Shown: positions 12,464 to 26,512, counted from the stretch's first letter. The stretch: 64,000 nucleotides of DNA from Octopus vulgaris (GCA_951406725.2 OX597814.1:139128001-139192000); one strand, 5' to 3'. Translations and numbers: made by a program. The notes: a model not told the origin generated them from the letters alone.

Positions 12464-13076
12464 CTGTGTTCCTTTCTGTCGAAGAGCGTAGGCTCGAAAC
12501 GTAAAAGACTTTCTCACTTCTCGAGCGTTAAACTAATACATCTGTTTGTTGTTTACACACCCGTCTTCGTCTTTTGTCTTTTTTTTTTTTTTGTAAATGC
12601 TCACTATATATTACACGCTTACGTGGTCGCACCAGTTTCATCCAGTCTCCACCTCATAACACTTCGTACTTTTCTTGAACTATTCTACCTGGATTTTCTA
12701 GCTGGACTTTCTACTCTCCTACACTAGGACTCCTACACTTCGGCTGCATCTCTCCTACTCAAGGATTACACTGGACTCTTCCGTTGATGAGAAATCGCTG
12801 CAATACACCACGACGTTTGAACCTTTTGAACTTTTCTAAACATTTTGGTACTTTCTGCTTTTTCCTATTGTTGTTTCTCTCTATCCGCGCTTGTTACCTT
12901 GCATCTCTCTCTCCCTCGCTTTCTTTTGATCGCTAGCCACTGTGTTCCTTTCTGTCGAAGAGCGTAGGCTCGAAACATAAACGACTTTCTCACTTCCCGA
13001 GCGTTAAACTAATACACCTGTTTGTTGTTTACACACCCATCTTCGACTTTGCTTTTTTGTAAATTCTCTCTATATA
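12464..13076 (+). mobile_element. Penelope/retrozyme-like unit: two ~140-bp direct repeats (12464-12610, 12940-13076), each starting with a hammerhead-like motif
   Basis: Both repeats begin CTGTGTTCCTTTCTGTCGAAGAGCGTAGGCTCGAAAC(G/A)TAAA and end TGTAAAT..CTATATA; 476-bp period; TA-rich flanks. Confidence 0.7.
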
Positions 13077-13329
13077 CATACATACATACATACATACATA
13101 CATACATACATACATACATACACACACACATATATATATATATACACACACGTACATGTTTATATACATACGTATGTATCTATATATAAATTTTATTCTT
13201 TTATTCTATTAATAATTTCAGTCGCCGGACTGCGATCATGCTGGAGCACCGCCTTAATTTTTTTTTTTTTTTTAGTTTTGCTGTCGCTTTATGATTGAAA
13301 GTTGGCCGGTAATTAAGTTTGTAGTTGCT

Positions 13330-13516
13330 GATCTCCCCTGAGTGTATCCTTGAATGGTTGGTTGGTTGGTTCAATATCGTTATTAGGAATTCATCTAATG
13401 CTTTTATTTTTTGAAACTTTCAGTAGAAGTCCCTTATATATTTCTAATTTCATTGGGTAAGCAGTTGAATACTTGAGGACTTCTGAACATTAGACTGGTA
13501 CAGTAGTGTGTTTTGG
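13330..13516 (-). mobile_element. CR1/L2-type LINE ORF2 C-terminal remnant
   Basis: Minus: KTHYCTSLMFRSPQVFNCLPNEIRNI*GTSTESFKK..LDEFL, resembling the GPxLFNxLPxxIR..FKxxLDxFL C-terminus of CR1-group ORF2. Confidence 0.6.
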
Positions 13517-13616
13517 CAAGACTTCCGCCCGTCCCCCACTCCCAAAAACCACCCTTTAAAAAATCTTGGAAACATTACATTATTTTACCCTATTTTTGTT
13601 CACTCTACATAACTGG

Positions 13617-13939
13617 CAGTCTGTCGGTTACGACGACTCGGGTTCCAGTTGCTCCGATCAATGTAACAGCTTCCTCGTGGTATTAACGTGCAAGTCGCTA
13701 AGCACTCCACAGATACATTATACCCTTAACGTAGTTCTCAGGCAAATTCAGCGTGACACAGAATATGATAAGGCTGGTCCTTCTGAATTACAGGTACAAC
13801 TGATATTTTTCTCAACTGAATGAACTGGAGCAATGTGAAATAAAGTATCTGGCTTAAGGAGACAATGCAACGCTGACAATCGAACTCAGGAACTTATGAC
13901 TGAGAGCCGAATATCCCAACCACTAACTACGCGCCTTCA
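13617..13939 (-). mobile_element. tRNA-derived SINE family C
   Basis: Reverse complement of the 57014-57340 family (GAAGGCGCGT..TAGTGGTT head; GTCGTAACCGAC tail). Confidence 0.8.
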
Positions 13940-14479
13940 TCATCACATGGACTACCATATCTCCACATACGCACAAATATACTTACTGTCACTCGCGTGC
14001 AAGCAAGTAGTGATATTCTATATGATTAGCTATTCTGACAACCTTGTATCTGTAACAAATTTATTGTTGATGCACTTTCTGGATTAACACAACCTTAACT
14101 TTTGGAGCAATTAGCGTCCATACTGCCACATGATTCTAATCGCGTGCAGTTGTTCATGCCGTCACGTGACACATTCATTAGATTACAACGCCATACAGTC
14201 AAGTGATCCTAACATGCGAGAGTCTCTGAGAACTAAGCAGATTCTATTCCAGACAGCATGGTCATCTTCAACGAAAGTTTATCTTAACTGATAGCAATTT
14301 AAGATAGAAACGAACGAGTTTTTCAAACTTTGGTCTCGTGTGAGATACTTGCATCATAGCTCCACGTTTCTCCGTTTCACACTAACTTTGACATTCCTGA
14401 AATTGTGAACCCAGCGAAGTTATCCTAACTAGGACTTCTTGAAGATTCCAGAGCAATTTAGGCTTCATTTGTGTCTGTC

Positions 14480-15235
<756 letters not shown>

Positions 15236-15769
15236 ATCAATACCGATTTCACTTTCCAGAACTTTACACCATACTACCACATCTCAAACTATAATTACCA
15301 ACTTTTAAAATCATTGCTAGACAACAAAGTAATTCACCATTACCCACCACTACCACCACCACCACCAATATCTTCAACACCTTCAGCACTTAATATACAT
15401 AACCATCACCAATACGACCATGACCACCACCACTGCCGTCATCATGAACATTAGTGCTACTGTTCTTCTTTTCCCTTCAAACCACGCTTTATAATCACCA
15501 ACTTGATCATCACAACAATCATCGTCTGCGCCGCCATTTTCTCTTGAAACTGCACACCGCAACCAGGTCCGTATCAGTAACTTCACACACGCGCATACAC
15601 GCATGCACACACACACACACACGTATGAACGTGCGCTCTCTCTCTATCTTTCTCTCTCTCATCTCTCTCTCTCTCTCTCTCGTTTCTTCCACTACACCGT
15701 TATTAGCAAGTTATCACTATCGCTACTTAATTGTCTACAACATCGTCAGTCAACAAATCCACATACACG

Positions 15770-16465
15770 CAAATTCATTCATACATGTACATATACATAC
15801 ATGCATACATTCATACATGCATACATACATACATGCATACATCCATACATTCACACACATACATTCATACATAGATACATGCATGCATACATACATACTT
15901 GCATATATACATATATACATACATACATACATACATACATACATACATACATACATACATACATACATACATGCATACATACATACATGCATACATACAC
16001 ACATACATACCTGCATACATACATACATGCATACGTACATACATACATACATACATACATGCATACATACATGCATACATACACACATACATACATGCAT
16101 ACATACATACATGCATGCATACGTACATACGTACATACATACATACATACATACATACATACATACATACATACATGCATACATACATACATACATTCAT
16201 ACATACATTCATATATGCATACATACATGCATACATACATACATTCATACATACATACCTTCATATATACATTCATATATACATGCATACATACATACAC
16301 ACATGTATACATACATTCATATATACATACATACATGCATACATACATACATTCATACATGCATACCTTCATATATACATTCATATATACATGCATACAT
16401 ACATACACACATGTATACATACATACATACATACATACATTCATACATATATACATACACACACT
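15770..16465. repeat. degenerate (CATA)n tract
   Basis: Direct reading; source of the 415- and 470-aa pseudo-ORFs. Confidence 0.9.
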
Positions 16466-16714
16466 CATCACTATTATCAACACCATCATTAACGGTGTCC
16501 ATCATTTTCTTGGTGGAATTAATAATGGATGTTCCACCTGCAACTGGCAGATGTCTGAAATTCTACAACTATTTACCATTGTCAGTGTTTGGAGAGAGGC
16601 GTGTCTGCCTTCCAGACAGGAACAATTTAGTTGGCTTTACAGCTTCCTCCGAGTTGTTTTCTCTGATCGCTTCACTACAGCGGTATTGTTCGCAGTTTTA
16701 ATTGTGATGCTGTT

Positions 16715-17007
16715 TGTGGTGGTGGCGGTGGTTGTGGTGGTTGTGGTGGTGGTGGTGGTTGTGGTGGTGGTGGTGGTGGTGGTGGTGGTGGTGGTGGTGG
16801 TGGTGGTGGTGGTGGATGGTGGTATTTGGGAGACTTTGGTGCGGCTAGGGACGTTGCTGTTGCCATTAATGCTGTTGTTGACGACGACGACGACGACGAC
16901 GATGCTGCTGCTGCTGATTATAATGATTATGATGATGCGGATGTTGATGATGGTGATGATGATGATGATGATGATGATGACGACGACGACTCAACGACGA
17001 CGACGAC

Positions 17008-17045
<38 letters not shown>

Positions 17046-17060
17046 TGATGATGATGATGT
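16715..17060. repeat. (GGT)n/(GAT)n/(GAC)n trinucleotide tracts
   Basis: Direct reading. Confidence 0.9.
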
Positions 17061-17349
17061 TATATAGCCCGCAAGACATTTCTGATAAAGCCGAATTATA
17101 ATCACAAGACATTCCAATCTGGAACATCCTGCCATTTTTTTTTTCTTTTTCCATTTTTTTTTGTTATTGTTTTTGCTTGTTTGCAAACGCAGTGTACCCA
17201 AGAACACATCCAATATGTCTCTTTTTGTTTTGTTTTTTTGTTTTTTTGTTTTTTTGACGACTTGATTCAAAGGAAATTTCGCTGCTTTTTCTTGCAGATC
17301 GACTGGTCACATACAGGCTCCTTCATTGCTTCGTATTATCTGTGATAGT

Positions 17350-17830
17350 TTAAGCGGTGAGCAGGCAGAATAGTTAACACGCCGGACCAAATGCTTGGCG
17401 GTATTTCGTCCGTCTTTACGTTCCGAGTTCAAATTCCGCCGAGGTCGATTTTGTCGTTCATCTTTTCGGGAGTCGTTAAAATAAGTACCAGCAGTATGCT
17501 GGAATTGATGTCATCCTCTAACCCACCCCTCAAATTTCAGACCTTGTACCTATAGTAGTAGGACAGAGTATAAGTGATTGCTAAGGTGGCGAGCAGGCAA
17601 AACCGTTATCACGTCGGACCAAATGCTTATATAGCCCGCAAGACATTTCTGATAAAGCCGAATTATAATCACAAGACATTCCAACTCAGATCGCACCGAG
17701 GTTGGCTTTGCCTTTTATTCTTTCGGTGTCAGTAAGTACCAGTGTTGTACTGAGGGTGGAGGTCTATGCAACCGACTGCTCCCTCCCCTCAATAATCGTT
17801 GACCCTGTACTAAAAATCGTGTATCATTAT
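17350..17830 (+). mobile_element. two tandem SINE family B copies (17350-17560, 17583-17830)
   Basis: GGCGAGC.GGCAGAA head, GAGTTCAAATTCCGCCGAGGTCGA B box, TTTCGGG..AAAATAAGTACCAG body. Confidence 0.75.
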
Positions 17831-17839
17831 TAAAGGCAA

Positions 17840-17854
17840 TTGTGGTAGTGGTGG

Positions 17855-17901
<47 letters not shown>

Positions 17902-18413
17902 ATTATTGTGGTGGTGGTGGTGGTGGTGGTGATGGTGGTTACTAGTGATGTTAGTGGTAATGGAGGTAGTGCTGGCAGTGATGGTACTGATGGTGGTGTT
18001 AGTGGTAGTGATTGCGGTGGTGGTAGAGGTTGAAGCAGTAGTGGTAGTAGTAGGGTTAGTGGTGGTGATGGTGATGGTGGTGGTGGTGGTGGTGGTGCTG
18101 CTGCTGCTGCCGACGGAGGTAGCGTCGGCGGCGGCGGCGGCGGCAGCGGCGGCAGCGGCGGCAGCGGTGGCGGCAGCGGCGGCGGCAGCGGCGGCAGCGG
18201 CGGCGGCAGCGGCGGCAGCGGCGGCGGCAACGGCGGCGGCAGCGGCGGCAGCGGCGGCAGTGGCGGCAGCGGCGGTAGCAGCGGCGACGGCGGCGGCGGC
18301 GGCAGCGGCGGCAGCGGCCGTTAGCGGCGGCAGCTGCGGCAGCGGCGGCAGCGGCGGCAGCGGCGGCAGCGGCGGCAGCGGCGCCAGTGGCGGCAGCGGC
18401 GGCAGCGGCGGCG

Positions 18414-18446
<33 letters not shown>

Positions 18447-18576
18447 GCGGCGGCGGCAGCGGCGGCAGCGGCGGCGGCAGCGGCGGCAGCGGCGGCGGCA
18501 GCGGCGGCAGCGGCGGCGGCGGCGGCACCAGCGGCGGCAGCGGCGGCAGCGGCGACATCGGCGGCGGCGGTGGCGG

Positions 18577-18661
<85 letters not shown>

Positions 18662-18669
18662 GGCGGTGG

Positions 18670-18700
<31 letters not shown>

Positions 18701-18712
18701 GGCGGTGGCGGC

Positions 18713-18744
<32 letters not shown>

Positions 18745-18750
18745 AGTGGT
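17840..18750. repeat. trinucleotide tract grading from (GAT)/(GGT)/(AGT) into ~630 bp of GC-rich (GGC)n/(GGCGGCAGC)n
   Basis: Direct reading. Confidence 0.95.
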
Positions 18751-18945
18751 ATAGACGTGATATTCCATTATGGGCTCTCCTTCATCATATACCACCATTA
18801 CTTCCACCGTTAATGTTATCAATACATTATCAATAACTTATCCTTATCGTCATTATTCACATTCTCATCATTGTTATCATCACCACCAGTTTCATCATCG
18901 CTCTCATCAGCATAATCATCATTAGTCTCATTAATATTGTTATTA

Positions 18946-18988
<43 letters not shown>

Positions 18989-19080
18989 CATTATTATTAT
19001 TATTATCATCATCATCATCATTATTATTATTATTATTATTATTGAAATCATTGTCATAATCACGGCGGCGTGATAACATC

Positions 19081-19137
<57 letters not shown>

Positions 19138-19744
19138 TATATCTTCATTATTTCTCCCTAGCATCATCACCATCACCGCCACCTCCACTCGCACCAGCAT
19201 CACCACCACCATCATCACCATCACCGGCAGCCTCACCACCCTCACCATTATTGACATTATTGTCATCGGTGATCACAGCAGTCACTGCATGGCTCATTAT
19301 CAACGTATTCATCATACAAATTTTACAAACTAACAAGAATTCTGTTTGTGTTGTTGTTATACTTTAACCATAGGTCAGTCATGACTGAAAAGATTTATGG
19401 TCGAAGACATTCCATTTGTTTATTTTTTTCTATGTGTCTTCTTTTTTTAGATAGACTTACATTATCTAATATTTCCTTGTTTTTCACTGGTTAAGTGTGC
19501 ATAAATGGTAGGAGAACTTCTTGTTATGTCTAGCAAGTCGTGTGACGTTATAGAGGATCACGCGTTGGTTCGTAGAGTAGCTTTACGTTTTAATTATGGT
19601 GGTAGAGGTGATTCTGGTGAATAAGGGGATTAAGAGAAAGGAGACAGGGTGAAAAAAAAAGAATAAATATCAACAAAAAAAAATAATGAAAACAATAATA
19701 ATAAGTAAAAACTGATAAAAAATGATTATGCTACAATAACACTA

Positions 19745-20134
19745 TATTCTTTTATTCTTTTATTTGTTTCAGTCATTTAACTGCGGCCATGCTGGAGCAC
19801 CACCTTTAGTCCAACAAATCGACCCTAAGACTTATTCTTTGTGAGCATAGTACTTATTCTATAGGGATTCTTTTGCCGAACCGCTTCGTCACGGGGACGT
19901 AAACACACCAACATCGGTTATCAAGCGATGATAGGGGGTACAAACACAGACACACAAGCACACTATATATACGACGGGTTTCTTTCAGTTTCCGTCCACC
20001 AAATCCATTCACAAGGCTTTGGTTGGCCGAAGCTATAGTAGAAGACACTTGCTCAAGGTGCCACGCAGTGGGACTGAACCCGGAACCATGTGAATGGTAA
20101 GCAAGCTACTTACAACACAGCCGCTCCTGCGCCT
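19745..20134 (-). mobile_element. SINE family A, full length
   Basis: Reverse complement begins TAGGCGCAGGAGCGGCTGTGTTGTAAGTAGCTTGC; tail (AATAAAAG)n. Confidence 0.85.
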
Positions 20135-20219
20135 ATCACTTTCTAAAGTTATCTCTACACATCTATAGAAATTAGAGCTCTGAAAGTTTCGACGCTTCGT
20201 ATACGAATGCGTCTATTGT

Positions 20220-20620
20220 TTTATTCTTTTACTTATTTCAGTCATTTGACTCCGGCCATACTGAAGCACCGCCTTTAGTCGAACAAATTGACCCCAGGAC
20301 CTATTCTTTTGCAAGCCTAGTACTTATTCTATCAGGTTTTTTTGCCTGACCGCTACGTTACGGGGACGTAAGCACACCAACATTGGTTGTCAAGCTGTGG
20401 TGGGGTGGGGAGAACCAACGCAGACACACACACACACACATATACGACGGACTTCTTTCAGTTTTCGTCTACCAAATCTACTCACAATGTTTTGGTCGGC
20501 CCGAGGCTATAGTAGAGACTATAGCAGAAGACACTTGCCCAAAGTGTCACGCAGTGGGGCTGAACCCGGGACCATGTGGTTGGGAAGCAAGATTCTTACC
20601 GCACAGCTACGCCTGCGCCT
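20220..20620 (-). mobile_element. SINE family A, full length
   Basis: Same consensus on the minus strand. Confidence 0.85.
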
Positions 20621-21644
20621 GTCTATGCAAACAATACAGTCGAAGATTAAAAAATAGGTAATGGATGTCTCTACAAGCAACTAATATGTAAGTACCAGTT
20701 GCTAGGAATGTGTTTATTATGTAAAAACTGGTGTATCCAATTGTGTTGCACTACTAAATTTAGCGGCTGTTTTAGCAATGAGTTCATAAATGGTTAATGG
20801 GTTGGATGTGATACTGAAGAAGGAGCAAGAAGCCCTGAGATATAGATATTACCCATTACCTATTTTCTATCATCGATCGCATCGTTTACGAAGTCATATT
20901 CGTATACGAAATATAACTTTCAGGACTGGCTTTAATTTCTATAGAAAATCTGTAGAGGTAATTTTAAAAAGTGATTAAATCGCACTGCTAACACAGGTAG
21001 GACGCAGTGTTGACATATAAGTCTTTAATATACATGGTAGTATATTATGGTTGCATAGTGAAACACAGTGTCCATACCAGAAATTACTATATATAATATA
21101 TATAATTAAAAGATGATATATAACATTGTATAATACTATATGCTATAATACCATGTAACTATATAACTTTATATAATTATAACACCATACACCACTGGTT
21201 TTATATAGTGTTGTATTACAAATCCGAAACTTATTAAAAGAATTAAAATTCCTCTTCATACTTCGCTACATATACGTAGTAAGTTATGTAACTGGACAAT
21301 TTATCGTTTGTAGTCGTAAAAAGAAGGCTATTGCTTAAGGAATCGGAGTTTTCCTTAACTATCAACAATTAAAGACACGATTTTGAGGTCCTCTAATTGG
21401 ACCTTTAAGTATATATGGTTAATTGTTATTGAGCTATTAACTGTTATATCTAAATTTTCATCTTTGTGAATTATTTAATCCATAAAAGATGGCGTCGCCA
21501 CTCAAGTTTGAATTGGTGATAACAGATTCTAACTGCTTTTAAGTGTGTTTGAGGTGTTTGTTCTGTAGCTTCGATATGAGAAAAAACGTTAAAGTAGAAT
21601 TATGAAAATGATGATCTGAAGAAGATCTGGGATTAATTTATATT

Positions 21645-21846
21645 CGTTTCTACTCTAGGCACAAGGCTCGACATTTGGGGGGAAGGCCCAGTCGAATAGA
21701 TCGACCCCACCAAGCAAATGGTACTTAATTTATCGACCCCGAAAGGATAAAAGGCAAAGTCGACCTCGGCGGAATTTGAACTCAGAACGTAAAGACAGAC
21801 GAAATACCGCTAAGCATTTCGCCCGATTCTGCCAGCTCGCTGCCTT
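21645..21846 (-). mobile_element. SINE family B
   Basis: Reverse complement of the AAGGC.GCGAGCTGGCAGAA..GAGTTCAAATTCCGCCGAGGTCGACTTTGCCTTT..GGGGTCGATAAATTAAGTACCA consensus. Confidence 0.85.
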
Positions 21847-21899
21847 GGGGATTCATTTATACTGAAGGCAAGAACTAAGGCTATCTTGTACGTGTTGCT

Positions 21900-23200
21900 A
21901 ATTTTTCATCTGAAGTTACTGGAGACTTGTTTCAGCGAAAAACAACATAATATTGAATCAACAGAGAGACACATACATGACTTTTAGACAAATTTATCTT
22001 TGACAGCAAAAATATATCGCTTTGAGGATATTCTATACCAAAGAAAGAAGTATTATACATTCATCTTCTAAGAAGAAAGAACTGTAATCTTTTTTCATGA
22101 TGATATTTTATGGCCGATATTTACCAAATTATTCTGAAATGATCGAACCATTTACGAATTTACATATGAAATGGTTTGTGGTTGGATAAATAATAGGCGA
22201 AAGGCCTTTAATACTTTTTCACACTTCTCCGGCAGAGAAACCTGTTGGAAATATATATGATGCCAACAAAGATGTCACATTGACAACCGATGCTAGTCAA
22301 CAGTCCATATCAGGAACTTTATCAAAAGATAATCATCGAGGGATATTTATCAAGGAGGTTAAACTCTGTTAAATCAAATATTGATAGGGGTGACTTAGCA
22401 ATTCGGTTGACCACAAGCCATGCACGTCAGTTTTTACGTAATAGAAACTCACTGAATAAATCGGATCATACGCCTCTTGAATTCATCTTTAATCTATTCA
22501 CGGAATCTCAAGGGTTACACCTTCGAGAATATCAAAATAGGCCATTCTAGCAACATTGTTTGATTTTGACATCACATATCAACGAACAATCTTTTCTTCG
22601 TTTTGACGGGCTCTCAGTGTTATGTAACTTCAAGATGCTAATGCGGAAAAAGTTGATTTTACCTTCATAAACTCGATAGAAACTGGTGTGAGACCAGCTT
22701 CAGAATAACTGTGTGATCCGGCAAAATCATATGTCTGAATAAATAAATTTAAAAGAAATTACAATTGAAAAACAATGTCTACTGAAAAATATTTTCATGA
22801 TAATAATAATGAGCTTATTACATGCAGTGCTCTTAATTGAGAAAAGATAAAAGAGGTGTCAGAAAACCGAAATAAGTCATGTAAAGTAAGCTAGCAATTA
22901 TAGCCACAACTGCGTGCATAGTATAGAGGATAAACACAAGACTTCTTATGTTTATAGAAAAATATCTTGTGAACATGAAGTTCCCAGAAATGGGAAGAAT
23001 ACAGGAGTCATAAAGAGGAAAAGGTGCATAGAAACTCAAGAGTAGCTTTAGTGTATTTCAGGAAGTATGAAAGCTTTGAAGGATATGGTGTTCTGATCGC
23101 TAATAACCGACGCGGATATTTTATTCCATATTTCGACAATTCCGAGTTAGAGAAGATGCTTCTGAGAATCACGGATGCCGCGATGTTTGTGTGTTGTGTT
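21900..23200 (+). mobile_element. highly degenerate Ty3/Gypsy LTR-retrotransposon pol remnant (RT connection, RNase H, start of integrase)
   Basis: FYGRYLPNYSEMIEPFTNL (22107-), YDANKDVTLTTDAS (22256-), YLSRRLNS..NIDRGDLAI, RQFL..SDHTPLEFIF match Gypsy RT/RNase H motifs (YYGRFIPNFS, TDAS, YASR, DHKPL). Confidence 0.7.
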
Positions 23201-23334
23201 TTCTGTGGTGGGTGTTTGCATTGAACCCACTTTTAATTATTTAAGCTATTTGTTCTGCAATTCGCTTTAATTATGGTCAATTTGAGGGCATTTTGTTAAC
23301 GAACGCATTCAATTTTTTGTAACTGCCATGAGAA

Positions 23335-23557
23335 AGGCGACGGGTCGATAGAACCGTTAGCACGCCGACCAAATCGTTTATCAGCATTTCGTTTTTACGT
23401 TTGTCTTGACGTTCTGAGCGCAAATTCTGCCGAGGTCGACTTGCCTTTTATCCAATCAGAACCGATAAAATAAGCACTAGTTAAGTACTGGGGTCAATGT
23501 CATCGATTTCTCCCTCCCCTCAAAAACTGCTGGCCCTATGCCAAAAATTTGAAACCA
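23335..23557 (+). mobile_element. SINE family B, diverged
   Basis: CAAATTCTGCCGAGGTCGACTTGCCTTTTATCC..GATAAAATAAGCACTAG..CTGGGGTCAATG. Confidence 0.75.
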
Positions 23558-23795
23558 TCATACAAATTTTCATAACAACGACCAGAGTAGACATAATTCG
23601 TGACACAACTCCTTGGACTATACACTTTTGAAAACCTATTGTGAAATTGGCCAAGTGTATTTCTATATTTTAAAATATAATTAGATTCTAATTAATTCTA
23701 ATTTATTCTGTGCATTTTCACCTTCATTTCTTCTGTTTCTGAACTTGTCGGGTTAATAACAAATTATATGTATATATATATTTATGTATATGTAT

Positions 23796-23864
<69 letters not shown>

Positions 23865-24162
23865 TCGCCAGCGTCACAACCGCCTGTATGAGGAAAAGAA
23901 TAAGGAACCGCAACAGCAGTAGGGTTTTTTGTTATTCTAGTGTGAAAAGAAATAGAGGAGGGACAGAGGAGGTGTAAATTAAAGTAAAAATCAAACATAC
24001 AAACCGAAAACAATGAAAGAAATGTGTGTATGTGTGTGTGTGTTTGTATGTGTCCGTGTTTGTGCGTCTGTATGCATATTTTTTTTTATTTTTTTGTGTT
24101 TGTCCGTGATAAAAGAAAGTGAGTGTCGATATACCGGTGAAAGAAGGAGGAAGACGAAGAGA

Positions 24163-24201
<39 letters not shown>

Positions 24202-24479
24202 GAAAAGGATAATTCACGGGGAAAAATTTTAATATGACAAAAGGAATTTTCTTTTTAAAAAACAAAAACAGGCAAGAAAAGGAGAGGCAATTATGTAAAA
24301 ATTATAACTACTTTAAATATTCGAAAATTTCCATTGAGAAAAGTAATGATGAGTAATCTTATTCCTTATCTTACAGTACAATTATACGAGTGTGTATGTG
24401 TATGTGTGTGTGCGTGCATGTATGTATGTATGTGTGTACATCTATATGTATTTAAGTATATGTGTGAGTGTAGTCATGT

Positions 24480-24515
<36 letters not shown>

Positions 24516-25221
24516 GTATATAGATATATATGTGTGTATATGTGTATGTATACATATATATGTATGTATATAAATATGTATGTGTGTGTATACACATACA
24601 CTGTATATGGCCTCAAAAATTTGAATATTATACAAACAATTTTTGTTGTCAGTTAAGTTAGGTCGTAAAACTTTCGCTTCTATTAAAGTCACTAAATCTA
24701 AATTGATGCATTCCTAAAATTTATTTGATGTAAGCTAACATTTATGATTTCCATACAGAGATCGTTAAAAATTCCATACTTCATTATATATTAAAATGTT
24801 ATATCTGGATATCGAAATCGTATTCCTATACAGCAAGTTAGTCAAGAATTGAAAGACGGGTACTGAATGTCAATTAATATTTAGCTTGAATTCGTTTGGC
24901 TTCAATATCTATGTCATGGTATCAAGGAAGCTAACTGGTGAGACAGCTCGAGTGTGATCAGAGATCAAGTGATCCCGATAACACCCTTCAGTTCCTCTTG
25001 ATTACTGGAGTACTTATTTTCTTGAATTCTGGGATTTATAAAGCTGGTTTCCAAGCATTGCTGTTATAAGATAATTAATAATGTGTCAATTAATAATTTA
25101 GGATTTTACTTTATAAAACACTGGGTAAGGGGATACATTGGCTGCTATTTTTAGCGTGTCGAGCGGCCAGATAGAGGCTCTTTCATTGGTTTGATTGCGT
25201 GATGAGATTTTGTTTCAAATA

Positions 25222-26512
25222 CGAGGGGCGTTCAATAAGTAATGCCCCTGACCCACTTGCAGTTATTTGATCTAGCTGAAATTTTGCATGTACAATTATT
25301 TATATCTCTATAGATTAAGTGGCAAATTACAGCTCTGAACTAATTGTGGTTTCTGATTTACAGGTATTTGAACTGAGTCAAGTGTGAAATGGAGCCTGTT
25401 GAGTGTCGAGCAGTGATCCGGTTTTTGTATTTGAAAGGACGCACACCAAGGGAGACTTTTGATGAAATGAAAGTAACTTATGGTGATGATGCCCCATCAT
25501 ATGACCTTGTAAAACGCTGGCATCGTGAATTCAAACATGGTCGGAACTCTGTGGAAACAGCTCCCAGATCTGGTCGCCTCCTTCTGCCATTGATGAGGCA
25601 TCTGTCCGTCAAGTTGAGGCTGCCATTTCGGAAGATCGACGCATAACTATTCGCCAAATAGCCCATGAGGTCTAGATTAGTACTGGGTCTGTGGAAACTA
25701 TCATTCATGACCATTTGCATATGCAAAAGGTGTCTGCCAGATGGATTCCCAGGCTGATCACATCTTTCCAGAAGCAAGAACGCGTCGATTGCTCGAGGAT
25801 GAATTTGGAGATGTGCCAAGAATATGAGTCAAAATTTTTCAAAAGGCTGATTACACAGGATGAAACCTGGGTCCATCACTATGATCCAGAGACCAAAGCC
25901 TAGTCAATGCAGTGGACACACCTTGACTCACCTCCTCCAAAGAAGGCAAGGGTGCAGCTCGCTCCTGGCAAGGTCATGCTCACAGTCTTCTGGGACCAGG
26001 ACGGAGTAGTGATGACAGATTTCCTGGCAAAGGGTGCCACAATTACAGGAGCCTATTATGCTTCACTTTTGAGGAAATTAAGAGAAACTATCAAAATCAA
26101 GAGGCGAGGCAAGATCAGCAAAGGCATCCTCCTCTTGCAGGACAACGCTCCGGTTCACAACTCGCGTGTCGCCAGAGCAGAAGCACAGGCATGCGGCTAT
26201 GAACTCCTCCCCCATTCCCCTACTCTCCTGACCCTGCACCCTCTGATTTTCACCTCTTCCCAGTCATGAAGTTGTTTTTGAAAGGAAAGCGTTTCCCAGA
26301 TGATGCAGCCTTGATTTCTGAAGTCACGTCGTGGTTGGAGGACCAAGCTAGGGTCTTCTACAAAAACGGTCTCCAGAGCTGCATCAAACGATGGGAGAAA
26401 TGCGTAACTCTGGGTGGTTCCTATGTAGAAAAATACTAATAACTGTGCCAAGTTTCGTCGCTCTACTGCTATGGGAAGTGGGTCAGAGGTATTACTTATT
26501 GAACGCCCCTCG
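25222..26512 (+). mobile_element. full-length mariner (DD34D) DNA transposon, 1291 bp
   Basis: TA TSD at 25220-21 and 26513-14; 37-bp TIRs CGAGGGGCGTTCAATAAGTAAT(G/A)CC(C/T)CTGACCCACTT with 2 mismatches. Confidence 0.95.
25389..26439 (+). pseudogene. mariner transposase, frameshifted/stop-disrupted
   Basis: HTH N-terminus (RAVIRFLYLKG), WIPRL, ITQDETWVHHYDPETK, LLQDNAPVH, YSPD.APSDFHLF; 34-residue D-D spacing after frameshift repair; internal TAG at 25901. Confidence 0.92.

Noticed and set aside
15454-17015. Longest ORFs in the window (415 and 470 aa)
   Set aside because: Almost wholly (CATA)n and trinucleotide repeats; no domain.
17830-18822. Poly-proline ORF resembling a formin FH1 domain
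   Set aside because: No FH2 or other domain nearby; a single codon type is repeated and all frames are open; embedded in other trinucleotide repeats.
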